The notes below the pieces were generated by a model. It ran no database searches. It worked only from the letters and a program-made list of their open reading frames with translations, and was not told where the DNA came from. Made by a program: the position numbers and the translations under genes. DNA of 64,000 bases from an uncultured Gammaproteobacteria bacterium (GTDB lineage: Bacteria; Pseudomonadota; Gammaproteobacteria; CAWCPV01): the NCBI GenBank assembly GCA_963797555.1, contig CAWCPV010000004.1, positions 576,001 through 640,000 on the forward strand, read 5' to 3'. Below, piece after piece: positions 22,071 to 33,800 of the stretch. The first letter of the stretch is position 1, and each line of letters opens with the position of its first letter.

Positions 22071-22913
22071 ATGCTTGCCTATCGCCATCTATTCCACGCG
22101 GGCAACTTCGCGGACGTGTTCAAGCATGCGCTGCTTACCCGTCTGCTGCTCTTGCTGGTGCGCAAGGACAAGCCGTTCTGCTATCTCGACACTCACGCCG
22201 GCATCGGGCTGTACGATCTTCATCATCCGTGGGCGCAGAAGAACGTCGAGCACGAGGGCGGTATTGCCCGCCTGTGGGATCGCACGGACATACCCGAAGT
22301 GCTCGCCCCATACCTGGAAGCGGTGCGTGGCGAGAACCTCGACGGGAGGCTGCGCTTGTACCCCGGCTCTCCCCGCATCGCACGCCGTTTCATGCGCCCC
22401 CGTGACCGTATGGTCCTGATCGAGCTGAACACGCGCGACTGCACCCGGTTGCGCGAGCTATTCGCAGCCGATAGGCGCGTAGCGGTGAGTCACATGGACG
22501 GCTATCAGGCGCTCAAGGCTTTCCTGCCGCCATGGGAGCGACGTGGACTCACGCTGGTAGACTCCTCCTTCGACCGAGCGGCCGAGTTTGCGCGGCTTAT
22601 CGAAGCCCTGGTTTACGCCCACAAACGCTTCGCCACCGGCGTCTTGGCGCTCTGGTACCCGCTCATGGAGCCCAGCGTGGTACGTGCCTTCGAGCGCGGT
22701 GCGCTCGCGACGGGTATCCGCAAGATCCTGAAGCTGGACTTGGCCGTGCAGCCCGAGAGCTGGCGGATGAGTTTACGCGGTTGCGGCATGCTCGTGGTCA
22801 ATCCCCCCTTTCCGTTCGTGGAGGAGGCCGGGCGGCTGCTGGCCTGGCTGTGGCGGGCGCTCTCGCCCGAAGGCGGAGGAGGGTGGGGTGTGCGCTGGCT
22901 GGTGCCGGAATAA
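22071..22913 (+). CDS. rlmJ: 23S rRNA (adenine-2030-N6) methyltransferase RlmJ
   Basis: MLAYRHLFHAGNFADVFKH, YLDTHAGIGLY, YPGSP, GCGMLVVNPP. Confidence 0.93.
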   Translation: MLAYRHLFHAGNFADVFKHALLTRLLLLLVRKDKPFCYLDTHAGIGLYDLHHPWAQKNVEHEGGIARLWDRTDIPEVLAPYLEAVRGENLDGRLRLYPGSPRIARRFMRPRDRMVLIELNTRDCTRLRELFAADRRVAVSHMDGYQALKAFLPPWERRGLTLVDSSFDRAAEFARLIEALVYAHKRFATGVLALWYPLMEPSVVRAFERGALATGIRKILKLDLAVQPESWRMSLRGCGMLVVNPPFPFVEEAGRLLAWLWRALSPEGGGGWGVRWLVPE

Positions 22914-23667
22914 CGCGGCTGGCGAGGATCGTTGGGCGCCTGAAACGGGCCATCCTCCGATGGGGGCTCGGCTAGCCAGCGTGCGGAGTGCACGCGTGCC
23001 TCCCCGAGCAGCACCACGGCCAGCGCCCCGTCGTGCTGCCGCCCCGTCAAAGTGGTCACGGCGCAGCCCGTGGTCCCGTGCGGCGGGTGTGCAGGCGTTG
23101 TCGGCAACGGCGACCGGCGTGCGCCAGCTTTCCTGCCATCGCCCGGCGTGAGCGCAACGCGCCTTAATCGACCGCCGGCGGGCTGGAGGACAAACAGCGA
23201 CGGGCCGCCTGAGATGCCATCGCGCCGTTCGGACTGCACCGCATCCCGGCGGCTCGCGCCTTCAGGCAGCATCGACTGTCCCTGCCGGACGTAAGGTTTC
23301 CGCACCGCGCTATTTCCCTCAGCCGCAAGCGATTTTCGGCAACTGGGCACACTACAGCCACTCCCACGCAACGCCCCATCCCCTTCGGTACCCGCCGACG
23401 GCAGAGGAGGGAGTGTTTGGGCGGGTAGGCAGGCACTGTGACATCCTTTTACAATTTCCGACAGAGCGGTGATTTCGTTTCTCGGGGGTAACGGCTAGAT
23501 TACCCACTGGTACCGGATGGTACGAACTGGACGGTGCCGCAAACCCGACGCCAGGGGCTGTCTTGGCGGCCTCGCGCTGAGGCCGGCGTTAAGACCGATG
23601 AGCTAATCTGGTCGAGGGAAATCGTTTCGACTGGTCCAAACGCCAGCTAATTGAGGAGATACCTCTC

Positions 23668-23949
23668 ATGAAGAAGACTGTCCTCGCCGCGACCGCGCTG
23701 AGCGTGTTTTTCGCCGCCTCCTTGCCGCTGATGGCGGCAACGAAGCACAAGACTCCGGACGAAACTTGCCATGCGTTGGCGAAGAAGCACCACGTCCCGG
23801 AAGACAAGATCGACGCCTATATGAAGACGTGTGTGGAGAAGCACACCAAGACCGCACACAAGACACACAAGAAGGCGCAGGCCGCACCGCCTGCCGCCCC
23901 TGCTCCGGCCGCTCCGAGCGGAGAGGCCCCCGCGGAGCCGGCTAAGTAG
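23668..23949 (+). CDS. Small exported protein with one PsiF-like C-x20-C repeat and an Ala/Pro tail
   Basis: Signal peptide; CHALAKKHHVPEDKIDAYMKTC; GAGGAG RBS; followed by a terminator. Confidence 0.75.
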   Translation: MKKTVLAATALSVFFAASLPLMAATKHKTPDETCHALAKKHHVPEDKIDAYMKTCVEKHTKTAHKTHKKAQAAPPAAPAPAAPSGEAPAEPAK

Positions 23950-23970
23950 CCGAACGGCATCTGACCTCTG

Positions 23971-23995
23971 ACCCCGCCTGTACGGCGGGGTTTTT
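23971..23995 (+). terminator. Rho-independent terminator
   Basis: ACCCCGCC-tgtac-GGCGGGGT followed by TTTT. Confidence 0.85.
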
Positions 23996-24139
23996 GGTCC
24001 TGACTCCGCAGGAAACTGCAGGCGATGAGAGCGGGCGCTCCGCCAGCCCCCAATCGTGCACGCTGATCTCGGGCGTGCTTGGTGGAGACGGGTGAGGCGG
24101 AGCTGAGATCATTGGCCGTGGAACTTTAAGGAGTGCTCT

Positions 24140-24475
24140 ATGCGCATTCGGAATAGCTTGCTGGTCGGCGCCCTGCTGCTGGGTGCCGCGCCCCTGTGCT
24201 GGGCCGCCGACACGTGCTTTATCGCGGCGAAGAAACTGACCGAGGATGCCCAGGACATCCGGCTCAAGGCACTGGACATGGGCTGGACGGTGGGCAAGAC
24301 GGCCTCGCTCTCCGCTGCCAGCGTCATCGAGACCAAAGCGAGCGTTTACCCCAAGGACGAGGTGGAGGTTTGCCTGCGCGTGGCGGGAGAGAAGCTGCAG
24401 GTCAAGGTGCAATCGAAGGCCAAGGACGCAGGACAGGCCGAGTGGCACGGACTGCCGGCAACGAAAAAGCCGTGA
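24140..24475 (+). CDS. Exported hypothetical protein (111 aa)
   Basis: TAAGGAG RBS, signal peptide ending CWA, two Cys in the mature part, high GC3. Confidence 0.75.
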   Translation: MRIRNSLLVGALLLGAAPLCWAADTCFIAAKKLTEDAQDIRLKALDMGWTVGKTASLSAASVIETKASVYPKDEVEVCLRVAGEKLQVKVQSKAKDAGQAEWHGLPATKKP

Positions 24476-24720
24476 CGGGTTGACGGTCGCCAGCCTGGCG
24501 GTCGGTTCATCCTCTCTTGATCGATGGCCCCTCGGCGGTGGCGCGAAGAGCGCTGACTGCAAGTGGTACGTTTTGGCGGAAGCGGCACGGGCCACGAGCG
24601 GGCCATTGGCGGTGGTGCAGGACTGCTTACTGCTTTCAGTCGTTTGGGGCGCTCCTGGCTTCTGAGCAGGGAAGGCTTGGGGGGGTCGCTCTGTTACCCT
24701 GCCACCACCCGAGGAACTGA

Positions 24721-24752
24721 GAGCTTGCGAAAAAACTGTTGCGCGTCCTGAT
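24721..24752 (+). repeat. Lone left end of the MITE-like repeat near the downstream edge of the helicase operon
   Basis: TGA-GAGCTTGCGAAAAAACTGTTGCGCGTCCTGAT versus TGA-GAGCTTGCGAATAGATCTGCTGCGCGTCCCGAT at 43260. Confidence 0.7.
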
Positions 24753-24962
24753 GGACTACCGGCATATCCGCAAGCTGCAGGTGGGGACGGGCTGAAGAAA
24801 ACCGCCCCCCGGGTTGAGCCTGGACCGGGGGCGCCGGTGCATCGAGCCCGATGAGCGTGCGCCCGTGCGAGCTGATCGGCCTGTCCAGGGCGAGCGACCA
24901 CCGCGCAGATCCTCCAGGGGGAAGAAAGTGCGGCCACTCTGGCGCTGATGCGCTGCATTCGG

Positions 24963-27900
24963 TCAGGGCCGGGTCTGATAGCGGAAGAGCGTGGTCTCTG
25001 CCCTCTCGTCCATCAAGCGGTCGATCCCTCCGCTCAGATCGTACCGGTGGATCGTCTCGAGCCCCCTCTGATCAATGATTTTCAAGTCTATCGAGCGATC
25101 GTGGAAACTCCGGCTCCTGGCAAACGCATGTACGTGGACCATTATCGGCTCGCTGGAAGGAAATGCGCTTTTCAGCAGACCCGAGAGTTCCTGCTGGACT
25201 TTGTAGGCCGGCTGGTAGCGATCGTCAGTCTTCTTAAGCTCGCGGCAATGCACGGTCAGTTTCTTTACCGCGGCCGCGCGCTGGGAAATGATACGCAGCA
25301 GGTCGACGAGAGCCTTGCGCTGGAATCCCTCGACGCCGCAATAGGGGTCCCGGATGACGATCTCTTCGACGTGCGCTCCTTGCGTGGGCGCAAAGTAGGC
25401 GGAGAAATTACGCGCCGCGCCAGCCTTGACTTCCCAGCGTTCGATCGGGACGGTGTCCAGGAAGTGGTCAGCCGGATAGTGGCTCGCGACTGCTTCGAGG
25501 TGCTTCAGCCGTTCCGCAATTACTGCGTCCAGGCTGGTCTGGTAGACAGGCTCCGGTAACAAGCTGTCGAGGACAGAGACGAGCGGCTGGGCGCTGATCC
25601 AAGCCCGCGCTCCCTCCTCTGTCCCCGCCCATATCCGGGGGACTTGCGGAAGGTCGGCCTCGCCCAACCCAATAATGTGTGCGATCTGCAGGCGCCCATC
25701 TTTGAGGTAGGGATAAAGATATCGAAGCGTCTGCCTCAGACGGGCCGACGACTGAATCATTCCGACCTCGAGAGGCTCTGTCAGCAGTATCGATGCCCGC
25801 CCGCCCTTGTTAAGCCAGTCCAGCAGCCATTGGCGAGGGCCCTCTTGCTCGCTCGTCCGGGTATCGAGAGCCGGTGCCAGCAGATGCAACTCCCGGCACC
25901 CCACCACCCGCTCCGTGAGCCCCGCGAGGCTTGGTTGCAACCAGCGTGCAGCGCCCCGCTCGACGTATGGATCGCGCTCTAAACTAGCGAGCAGCTCCCC
26001 GAGCCAGGTCACTACCGGACGGCGGTCGAAATAGTCCCAGGCTTGCTGGTTCGAGTAGTCGTAGAGGCAGGCACTGCACGCGCTGGCACAGCTCCGCGGG
26101 CAGTCGAGGCGGGCCGCCGCGCGTCGCAGCAAATCCTCGATCGCCGCATCCTCGTGTATCCGCACGCAGTACCCGGCCCCGCCTGCAACCGCGTCGTACA
26201 GTATCGCCTCGATCATCTGGCCTCGGCGGCGGTACGTGGCTCGCAGCTCGTTGGAATGGATGCCAAGCACTTCCGCTGCCGCGAAGCGCAGAGCCTCGCT
26301 AAGTGTCCGCGCAAAGGACTCGTCGAAACGCTGTAGGTTGCCGACTCCCTCGGGGGCCGGAGGCAACGGCGCAAGGAACCGGAGAAGCAGCACGTCGGTC
26401 TCGAATTCGTGGGCCATGTCCTGCGGAAAGGACAGGCGTTGATTCCGGCAGGTCTCACCGGTAAGAGGGTCTTTGTGCGATCGGTCGAGTGCCCTCATCT
26501 GCTTTGCGGCGTCGGCATAGTTGCAGAGGCTGCAAATGTGATAACCGACCCCGCGAGGCCCGCGGTTCACTATGAACAGTCGTCCCGGCTGGTCCTCCGG
26601 ATCGGCAGGCTGCGCCCTCAACAGGGCAATCCTGGCTAACCCAGGCACCGAATCAAGGAACTGCTCCGGGCGTGGAATCGTAATCAGCCTCGCCTCGTCC
26701 GCCTGCCGCTCGCGGCGTCGGTGGCTTCCCGGGTCCTGTCCGTAGCGCTCGTCGTAGCCGGTGACGAAGCCGAGCGGTTTGAGGAATGGGCGCGGTATAC
26801 GCCGCTCCCTGCTTCCGCAGTTGGTGCACTCTACGGCAACGTCGGATTTCTCGATTCCCACGTCTACATGGTGGCAGCTAGGGCAGGCGGCGTACCACTC
26901 CGTCGGCATAAACATCTTGGGGTAGCGGGCCAAGCCAGCGCTCCGCCATATCCTGCCGTTGGCGACGACCTCGGCACCGGGGGCATACTCGCTGATACCC
27001 ATGGTCGCGTCACGCGTCAGCGCGATGTCGCTGTTCTGCCCGAACCTGCTCGCCTGCCCGTAGTCACGAATGACCTCGAGCGAAAGACTGTGTACAGGAA
27101 AGCTGTACGTCGGGATCAGGCTCCGCTGAGAGAGTTGGTTTACCAGGAACTGGTCGAGGTAACGCTCGCGCAAATGTATCCAATGCGCCAGGCGCCCGGC
27201 GGCCCTCCTATCGGTTCCGGCCAACTGATACGCTTCATCGACCCTCGTGGTATAAAGCTGCCACCGCTCATGCACTTCCTGCGCGAATCGGAGCATCTGC
27301 TCGCGGAAGTGGGCGGCGAGCGCATACCCTCGAAGCGCGACGTTTGGTGCCAAGGATTCCGGCAGAAACCGAGCCAGGCGCTCGGCTTCCCCGAGGGCCG
27401 CCTTGCCGCCGGTTCCGTCGAGCCAAGCGTCCAGGTCGTCCCGCCATTTGTCGAACTCTGCGGAGCCGAACGAAACCCCAAAAAGATCCGCGAGGGTGGG
27501 GGCGTTTCGGGTGAAGTCCCTGATCCGATGGCGCAGGAACCAAGAGAGCACGATCCCGTTCTGATGCCGTTGAAACAGGCGCGGGCTATCGAGCAGCACG
27601 AATGGAACCGGAGCACGCTCCCCCAAGTACTCCCGAAAGCGTCGGAATCCCGCCTGATCATACTGGCTCGTCCGAGCGATCGTCACGCAGAAGGGTGCCG
27701 CCTGCCCGCGGCGTCCCGCCCGTCCGGTACGCTGTTGGTAGTTGGCGATCCCGGGCGGCAGGTTGAGGTTAACCACGGCATCCAGGTCGCCCAGGTCCAC
27801 GCCCAGCTCCATCGTCGTCGTGCAGCTCAGGACATTGACCCTCCCCTCGGCGAACTCCCGCTCAATCTCCTCCCGAAGCTCGGTGGAGAGCGAGGCCGTG

Positions 27901-30863
27901 TGCTCGCGAGCTCGCGGGGTCAAGCCCGGGCTATTGACGTAGGTGTAGAGGTAGTGGTTGACCTCTCGCATTCGGGCCCGTTCCACGGCATCCAATGGGG
28001 TTGCGGAGCCTCGGCACCCGAACGCGCTGCACTTCCCGCTCACAGCGTCCATCTGCAATAATCCACAGGCGTCGCAAACGAGGAGTCCCACCGAGTCAGC
28101 GTTCGCGAACCGCAGAAGTCGGGCGTCGAGCCCGAATCCCGGCTGAACGGGGACGAGGAGATTACCCTTCAGCAAACCTTCCCACACGATCCCAAGAAAA
28201 TCTCGCGTGGCAGTCCAGCTCCAGCCAAGCTGCCCTACGAGGTACCGGGTCCGACGGTTGTGGCGGCGCCCCCCTTCTGGCGGCAGCCAGGCGAAACGCA
28301 CTTTCGGGTTGGTCCTGTAGAGCTCGAACGAGCGGTGCCCGGCGTATATGGGTCCCCAGATGAACGGATCTTTCATCGGGACATCGTAGAGTTCTCCGAT
28401 CGCGCGCTCCCGCCGGATCGTTTCCAGCAGGAAGCGTAGCAGCCGGTCGAGTTCCGGCTGTTCCGTCTCGGGCACCTGGCTCCTTACGGCATCTCGAAGC
28501 CTTCTAAACTTGTTCGCCTGATAGTCGACTCGCACGAGTCCCAGCGACTCCAACGAGTTGCGGCGCCCCCCTGGAGTGCAGAATTCGGCGGCAATGCGCC
28601 CCAAGAGCAGGTCTCGCATCCTCTGCATGGTGCTGATCACCCGGCCCTCCCGGTCCAACATCACGGGGAGGCCACGCCTATTCCAGAACTGGAATACCTT
28701 GTCGGCGAGGATCTCCAGGTCCATGGGCTCGTCATCCCCGCACAGGACTGCGTAAATCGCCCGCCGCAGGGCAAGGTCCCCTGCGGTGACCTGAAAGTAG
28801 GGGGCGAAGAAAGCAGCGTCCTGGCGGTTGTCCGAGAAGGTCAGCAGGCTGCGTCCGCCCATCGGTAGCTGCTCGTCCTCCTGCGGGGCCTGTGGCAACG
28901 ACTCCAGCACCTTCTGCACCACCACGGTGGCCAGGGCCTCGTTGCCTGGATGCATGCGCGTCACGACCTCGGCGTCGGCTGCCGCCGCTGTCCCACCGCA
29001 GGCTGGGCAGCGCCGAACGTAGATGGCGTTTTCTTCGTCGTCCTTCTGCATCGCCACCTCATACAGGGTGACAGCTTCCGGACCCTGAACCAAGAGTCGA
29101 CCCGTCTTGGGGTCCAGCGCGGTTGTTGTGGCCGTGGCCGAGTCTTGCTCAGCCCCACCTTCTTCGTCTTCGTCGTCCGACTCGTCGCGAGTGCGACTCG
29201 CCGGGGGGACACCGAGCCAGAAGACACGGCGAACGGCTCTTCCTTCCTCAACCAGAGGCCTGCGGTTATACAGCGTGGTGGCGTACTCGAAGCCCTCGAT
29301 ATACGGCTGACCACACTTGCGGCAGACGAGGAGCGGGTAGTAAAGCCCTGACTCGTCCTCCCCCTGGCGTAGGGCTTGGGCGGCCGCCCAGCCCTCCGGC
29401 GAACCGTCGGGACGCACCGCGACTCCCTCGATGCTATTGGTGGCGATGTGGTATCGCGCCGGCAGCAGCGGAAACTCATCAGGATGGGCCCGGGCCAACG
29501 TGCCGACCAGGACTACGGCGCTGAGCGCGGCCCCGAGGTCCCTCTCCGGCGCGCCGGGGCGACCTTCAAAGGTGCGCTCCGCGACCCACTGGAAATCCAT
29601 GACGCCCCCCTCGTCCAGGATGGACGAGACCCTTCGCACCTCCCGGTTTGCCGCGAACAACGCCTCCAAGGCTACCCCGAGCGAAGAGCCACGTGCCAAC
29701 GGGGGTAACCTTCCTTGCAACTCCGCGCGGCGTGTGACCTTGTCCCATGTGTCCCGGTCGAGTTGACCGTCGGCGACCTCTTTTAGCTCACGACCCAAGT
29801 TTACCCAGCCGTCGACGCTCAAGCTCCACAGATCGTCGCGTGCCTCCCGCAAGCGCACGTGCGGAACCCGTCTGCCCCGTATTACCTGCCCGATGGGCTC
29901 CCCGAAGAGGTCAGAGGCGAAGCGACAAATCCGCGCGTCCGCCCCCTCGTACTCCGGCAGGCTCGCGCTGGTGCCGAAGACCTGCAGCGGCTGACCGAGA
30001 TCGAGTCGGTTCTTGAGTTTGCGCAACAGGAACGCCACCTCGGTGGCCTGCGCCCCGCTGTATGTGTGAATCTCGTCGAGTACCACGACCAGTAAGGTAC
30101 GATGCACGAAGAGGGGCGCGTTGCGGGGGAGGAGCAGAAGGTGCTCCAACATGGCGTAGTTGGTGATGAGGATCTTCGGGGGCTGCTGCAGCATCTCCTC
30201 GCGAGTGAGCAGCCAGTTCGAGGGGATGTCCCTAACGCCCAACGCCTTCATCAACTTCGGGTTTTTCCGCAGCCGCTGCTCCTCCTCACCCCGCGCTGCG
30301 TTGGCACGTATCTGAGAGGTGAAACGCCCGAGGGTGATGCCGGCCGCACGCAGGTAGACCCCGAATAGAGGGGCGATGCGGTAATAGAGCTGGTCGTTGG
30401 CGAGGGCATTCATCGGGTAGACGATAAGGCAACGCACGCCCGGCGTATCTGGGCGCAAGTCCTCCAGCAGGCGATGGGCGATGGGGTAGAGGAACGTCTC
30501 GGTTTTGCCGCTGCCCGTGCCGGTTGCAACCAGCAGGTTTTCGCGATCCCGGCAGGCGAGGGTCAGCGCCGTCTCCTGATGGAGGTGCAGTCGCCGTGCC
30601 TGGAGGTGCTCCGGTAGCGCCAAGAGACCATCGTGCAGAAATCCCCCGTTTGTCCTCAACAGAGCATCAAGCGATCTGCCTTTCTCAAAGTCTGGCAGCC
30701 CCTCCACGAAGGGGCCGCGCAGAAGTTCCTGCTCCGCCAACAGCCGCCGAAACTCCTGCCGAAGCTTTGGATAACGGCGGCTGATGGGCAGCGCCGTCGG
30801 GATATAGCGGCGCAAAGTGTCGGAGAGGGTCTCGACCAATCGGAGGGGGTTGGTCTCTGTCAT
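24963..30863 (-). CDS. Large SF2 DEAD/DEAH helicase with DUF1998 and a C-terminal PLD-like domain (DruE-like), 1966 aa
   Basis: Q motif LHLHQE, Walker [50 protein letters not shown] and motif [16 protein letters not shown]1998-type [11 protein letters not shown]...[13 protein letters not shown]. Several CxxC pairs. C-terminal IRDPYC...FHDRSI. Confidence 0.92.
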   Translation of the reverse strand: MTETNPLRLVETLSDTLRRYIPTALPISRRYPKLRQEFRRLLAEQELLRGPFVEGLPDFEKGRSLDALLRTNGGFLHDGLLALPEHLQARRLHLHQETALTLACRDRENLLVATGTGSGKTETFLYPIAHRLLEDLRPDTPGVRCLIVYPMNALANDQLYYRIAPLFGVYLRAAGITLGRFTSQIRANAARGEEEQRLRKNPKLMKALGVRDIPSNWLLTREEMLQQPPKILITNYAMLEHLLLLPRNAPLFVHRTLLVVVLDEIHTYSGAQATEVAFLLRKLKNRLDLGQPLQVFGTSASLPEYEGADARICRFASDLFGEPIGQVIRGRRVPHVRLREARDDLWSLSVDGWVNLGRELKEVADGQLDRDTWDKVTRRAELQGRLPPLARGSSLGVALEALFAANREVRRVSSILDEGGVMDFQWVAERTFEGRPGAPERDLGAALSAVVLVGTLARAHPDEFPLLPARYHIATNSIEGVAVRPDGSPEGWAAAQALRQGEDESGLYYPLLVCRKCGQPYIEGFEYATTLYNRRPLVEEGRAVRRVFWLGVPPASRTRDESDDEDEEGGAEQDSATATTTALDPKTGRLLVQGPEAVTLYEVAMQKDDEENAIYVRRCPACGGTAAAADAEVVTRMHPGNEALATVVVQKVLESLPQAPQEDEQLPMGGRSLLTFSDNRQDAAFFAPYFQVTAGDLALRRAIYAVLCGDDEPMDLEILADKVFQFWNRRGLPVMLDREGRVISTMQRMRDLLLGRIAAEFCTPGGRRNSLESLGLVRVDYQANKFRRLRDAVRSQVPETEQPELDRLLRFLLETIRRERAIGELYDVPMKDPFIWGPIYAGHRSFELYRTNPKVRFAWLPPEGGRRHNRRTRYLVGQLGWSWTATRDFLGIVWEGLLKGNLLVPVQPGFGLDARLLRFANADSVGLLVCDACGLLQMDAVSGKCSAFGCRGSATPLDAVERARMREVNHYLYTYVNSPGLTPRAREHTASLSTELREEIEREFAEGRVNVLSCTTTMELGVDLGDLDAVVNLNLPPGIANYQQRTGRAGRRGQAAPFCVTIARTSQYDQAGFRRFREYLGERAPVPFVLLDSPRLFQRHQNGIVLSWFLRHRIRDFTRNAPTLADLFGVSFGSAEFDKWRDDLDAWLDGTGGKAALGEAERLARFLPESLAPNVALRGYALAAHFREQMLRFAQEVHERWQLYTTRVDEAYQLAGTDRRAAGRLAHWIHLRERYLDQFLVNQLSQRSLIPTYSFPVHSLSLEVIRDYGQASRFGQNSDIALTRDATMGISEYAPGAEVVANGRIWRSAGLARYPKMFMPTEWYAACPSCHHVDVGIEKSDVAVECTNCGSRERRIPRPFLKPLGFVTGYDERYGQDPGSHRRRERQADEARLITIPRPEQFLDSVPGLARIALLRAQPADPEDQPGRLFIVNRGPRGVGYHICSLCNYADAAKQMRALDRSHKDPLTGETCRNQRLSFPQDMAHEFETDVLLLRFLAPLPPAPEGVGNLQRFDESFARTLSEALRFAAAEVLGIHSNELRATYRRRGQMIEAILYDAVAGGAGYCVRIHEDAAIEDLLRRAAARLDCPRSCASACSACLYDYSNQQAWDYFDRRPVVTWLGELLASLERDPYVERGAARWLQPSLAGLTERVVGCRELHLLAPALDTRTSEQEGPRQWLLDWLNKGGRASILLTEPLEVGMIQSSARLRQTLRYLYPYLKDGRLQIAHIIGLGEADLPQVPRIWAGTEEGARAWISAQPLVSVLDSLLPEPVYQTSLDAVIAERLKHLEAVASHYPADHFLDTVPIERWEVKAGAARNFSAYFAPTQGAHVEEIVIRDPYCGVEGFQRKALVDLLRIISQRAAAVKKLTVHCRELKKTDDRYQPAYKVQQELSGLLKSAFPSSEPIMVHVHAFARSRSFHDRSIDLKIIDQRGLETIHRYDLSGGIDRLMDERAETTLFRYQTRP

Positions 30864-30878
30864 CCTGCTCTTCTCCGT

Positions 30879-33800
30879 CTAATTCTCCGACGCGAAAGCG
30901 AGCTCCCACAGCAGAAGGTAGTAGCCGAGGACCTCTTCTCCGAGGTGCAGAAGGTAGGCCACTACGCTGTGAAGATCATCTTCACTGAATCCCGCGGCTC
31001 GGCGAAGAGCGGCTTGGAACTGGTCCAGGGTACCCGCCGCTCGGACCTCCCAGCGACAGACCTGGGCCATCAACGAAAGGAAGCTTACCATCGCATGTAG
31101 ATTCTCCTGCTGCTGAAGTTCCTCGTCCGTCAGCAGGCTGGGACCGGCATCCGCGAGCAATCCGAGGGTAGCGTGCTGCCCACAAAGGTGGGCTGGATAG
31201 CCCTCCCCGAAGTCGTCCAGGGCGCAGTGATTGAGCCGATTTAGCAGATACAGGCTGCGCGTGCGCCTCAGCTCGTTGCCCTCAAGGCTATTCTGGTAAC
31301 GCTCCCGCAGGTGTGCGAGGGCGAAATGGTAATGTAGCGCCCCCAGGTAGTCCCCCCTCCCTGGTTGCCAGTCCTCCTGGCGTAACAGACGCCACCGACC
31401 CGAGAGATCCGACACCTTCAGCGCGTCGTGGAGGGCCTGTACACGAAATCCCTGCGGTTTTTCACCTCTCGCCATGCCGGCGAGGTTTGAGAAAGCGCCC
31501 GCGAAAATGCTGTCGAGTATGCCGTCCGTGAACAGACGAAGGAGGTCTCCACTGAACGCCGGAAGCAGGCCAAGGCTGCGGGTGAGTCCACTTTGACCAC
31601 TTGTGGGCCGGGTTGGGGCGTCGGCGAGCACGCTGTAGGACGATGAGCTTTGGGCCAGCAGCCAGGGCAGGGCCACCGGGATCGACAGGAGCGGCACCCA
31701 GCTCAAAGACGCGGTCTCAGGCGGGTGTTGCCCGCTGAGACGCCCAAGCTCCTGAAGCACCGACCCTCCTTGAGGGCCGAACCGGCCGACGAGCCGTCTC
31801 CAGAAGTCCCCGACCCACCCCATCTGTGACCAGGCCTCCTGCGCGTGGCAGACGAGGACGAAGGAGTGCACGCGGGTGAGGACCTCCAATGCCTGGTCGT
31901 CGTTGAGCCCGTCAAGCCAGGCATCGGCCTCCATTCGGCTTCCTGAGCGACCTCCAGCACCCAGCAGGAACCCCGCCGAGTACGTGTCACCCCTAGCGTT
32001 CGTGAGTGTTCCCCAGCGCCCGCTAATACGGGCATCGAGGCTGACCATCCAGATGCCGGGTGCCCAGCGGTCGAGGGGAACGACGAGGGTGTAAGCCACG
32101 CCGTCTGGCTCCGGAGCGGAGAAGGTCCAGGCCTTCGCGGATGGGTCTTGCAGCACGGAGATATCATCGCAGCCGAGATCCACGCGGATATCCTGCCCGC
32201 CAATCAACTCAATGGCGGCCAGTCGAATCCGGTCGGCGCTGGCTGCCAACCTGAAAACAAGATCAAAGCGCTCGGGCTTCTGGACGGCGTTGAAGCGCAG
32301 CACTTGGTGCGGCACTATGAGCTGAACGAGGGGAACACCGTAGTCGACTCCCTCCGGCCGGAACATCAGGGTGCTCGAATCGGGACGCACGTGCTCGACG
32401 AGCGAGGCGAGATGCAGACGCCGCGAGCCCACCTGCTCGAACTTCACCCATTGCCTGAAACCGCCCAGCTCCAGCGCGCCGTCGGAACTCGAGTAGACCT
32501 TGAGGACCTGCCGAGTCGCCGGCGTGACCGAGAGCGCGACCCCTTTGTGGAGGGGACGCTCGACCACCGGCTGCTGTGAATAGTCCTCCAGGTAGAGGAA
32601 GATCCCCGGCACAGCCCATGTGAGCGTGAGGGTGCCCTGGTGACCCAGATTGAAGCCAGTGCGGAAGAAGCGGTTTGCGTTATCCCGGTATGTGAGCGTC
32701 CGGGTCTGGCGGTCGACATGTAGGTTCTCGCTCGCCTCATCACTCAAGTTCTGCGGAAAGCCACTACAACGGAACCAGCAACGCTCGCGAACCTCCTCCA
32801 GCCCATTCCACACGTGAACTGCGGCCCGTGCCAGGGGCCGGCGCAGGTCCTGGCGCCGGACCTCGGCGAGCAACCGAGTGACCCCCGGCCTCCAGCGTGC
32901 GAGGTGTTCCGAAAGGTCTATCCTGGAATGGCTCTGTATATGGTCGAGGGGTAAGACGGCCTCGTCCCCAAGGTCCCCGGGAATCAGGCGTACTTCGAAG
33001 TTGGCTGCTGCCTGGAGGAGTTCCACTGGCACGACCACGCGCAGCGCGAGTTCGGGGGACAAATAGACCTCATGGCCGCGGACACCTCTGACGGCGCGCC
33101 CTTCAATGGCGACGAATGGCCGCGCGTCGGCCTGCAGCGTGGCAGTCGCTGGCCCGCGCCGGAGAACCAACGTCGCGCCCGGGTCGAATTCGGCCTCATA
33201 GGTGAAGAGTTCAGGTGTGTCGGACACGCGCTCGATCAGTTCCTCCAGGCCATCAGGAACGAACCGGAGAACAAGCAGGTGGGCCCCCGGCTCCACAGCC
33301 ACGGTATCCGGGGCGCCAAGCGCTGCACCGGTGACGAATGCTCCTGACCGGGTGAAGATCAACAGCCGGTTCGGCCTTCCGTCCTCCCATAGCCGCTCGG
33401 ACAAGATGTCCTGTCCTTCACTGGTCTGTATGGACACGTCGGAGGGAAGATTTTCCTCGAGGTGCACAAAACGCCCTTCTGCGAAGCCCTGGTACCGATA
33501 CTCTGTAGCCCCGACCCGAATCACCCAGTTCGTGCCCTCCGCGGGCGGCAGGTCGACCCCGAGCGAACCGTCTCGCCACACCACGTGCGGTAGGCTGAGG
33601 CGCTTTTGGCCCTCGCCCGACGGCCGGGTCTGCGGAGTCGTCAGAACCTCGGCGAGAAGCCTACCGAAGGCCGAGTTGTGTACCTCCTGGGAGTCGGGTT
33701 CTTGATACGCCCTGCAGAACAAGCGGACATAGAACCCGGTATCGTCCGCTTCGATCGCCCTGGTAGCCCGTTTGGAAGGAAAGTGCCTGAGCTGCTCTAG

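Noticed and set aside
23280-23660. Possible riboswitch in the long leader of the PsiF-like gene
   Set aside because: Hairpins are present but no conserved c-di-GMP, cobalamin, TPP or SAM signature could be matched.
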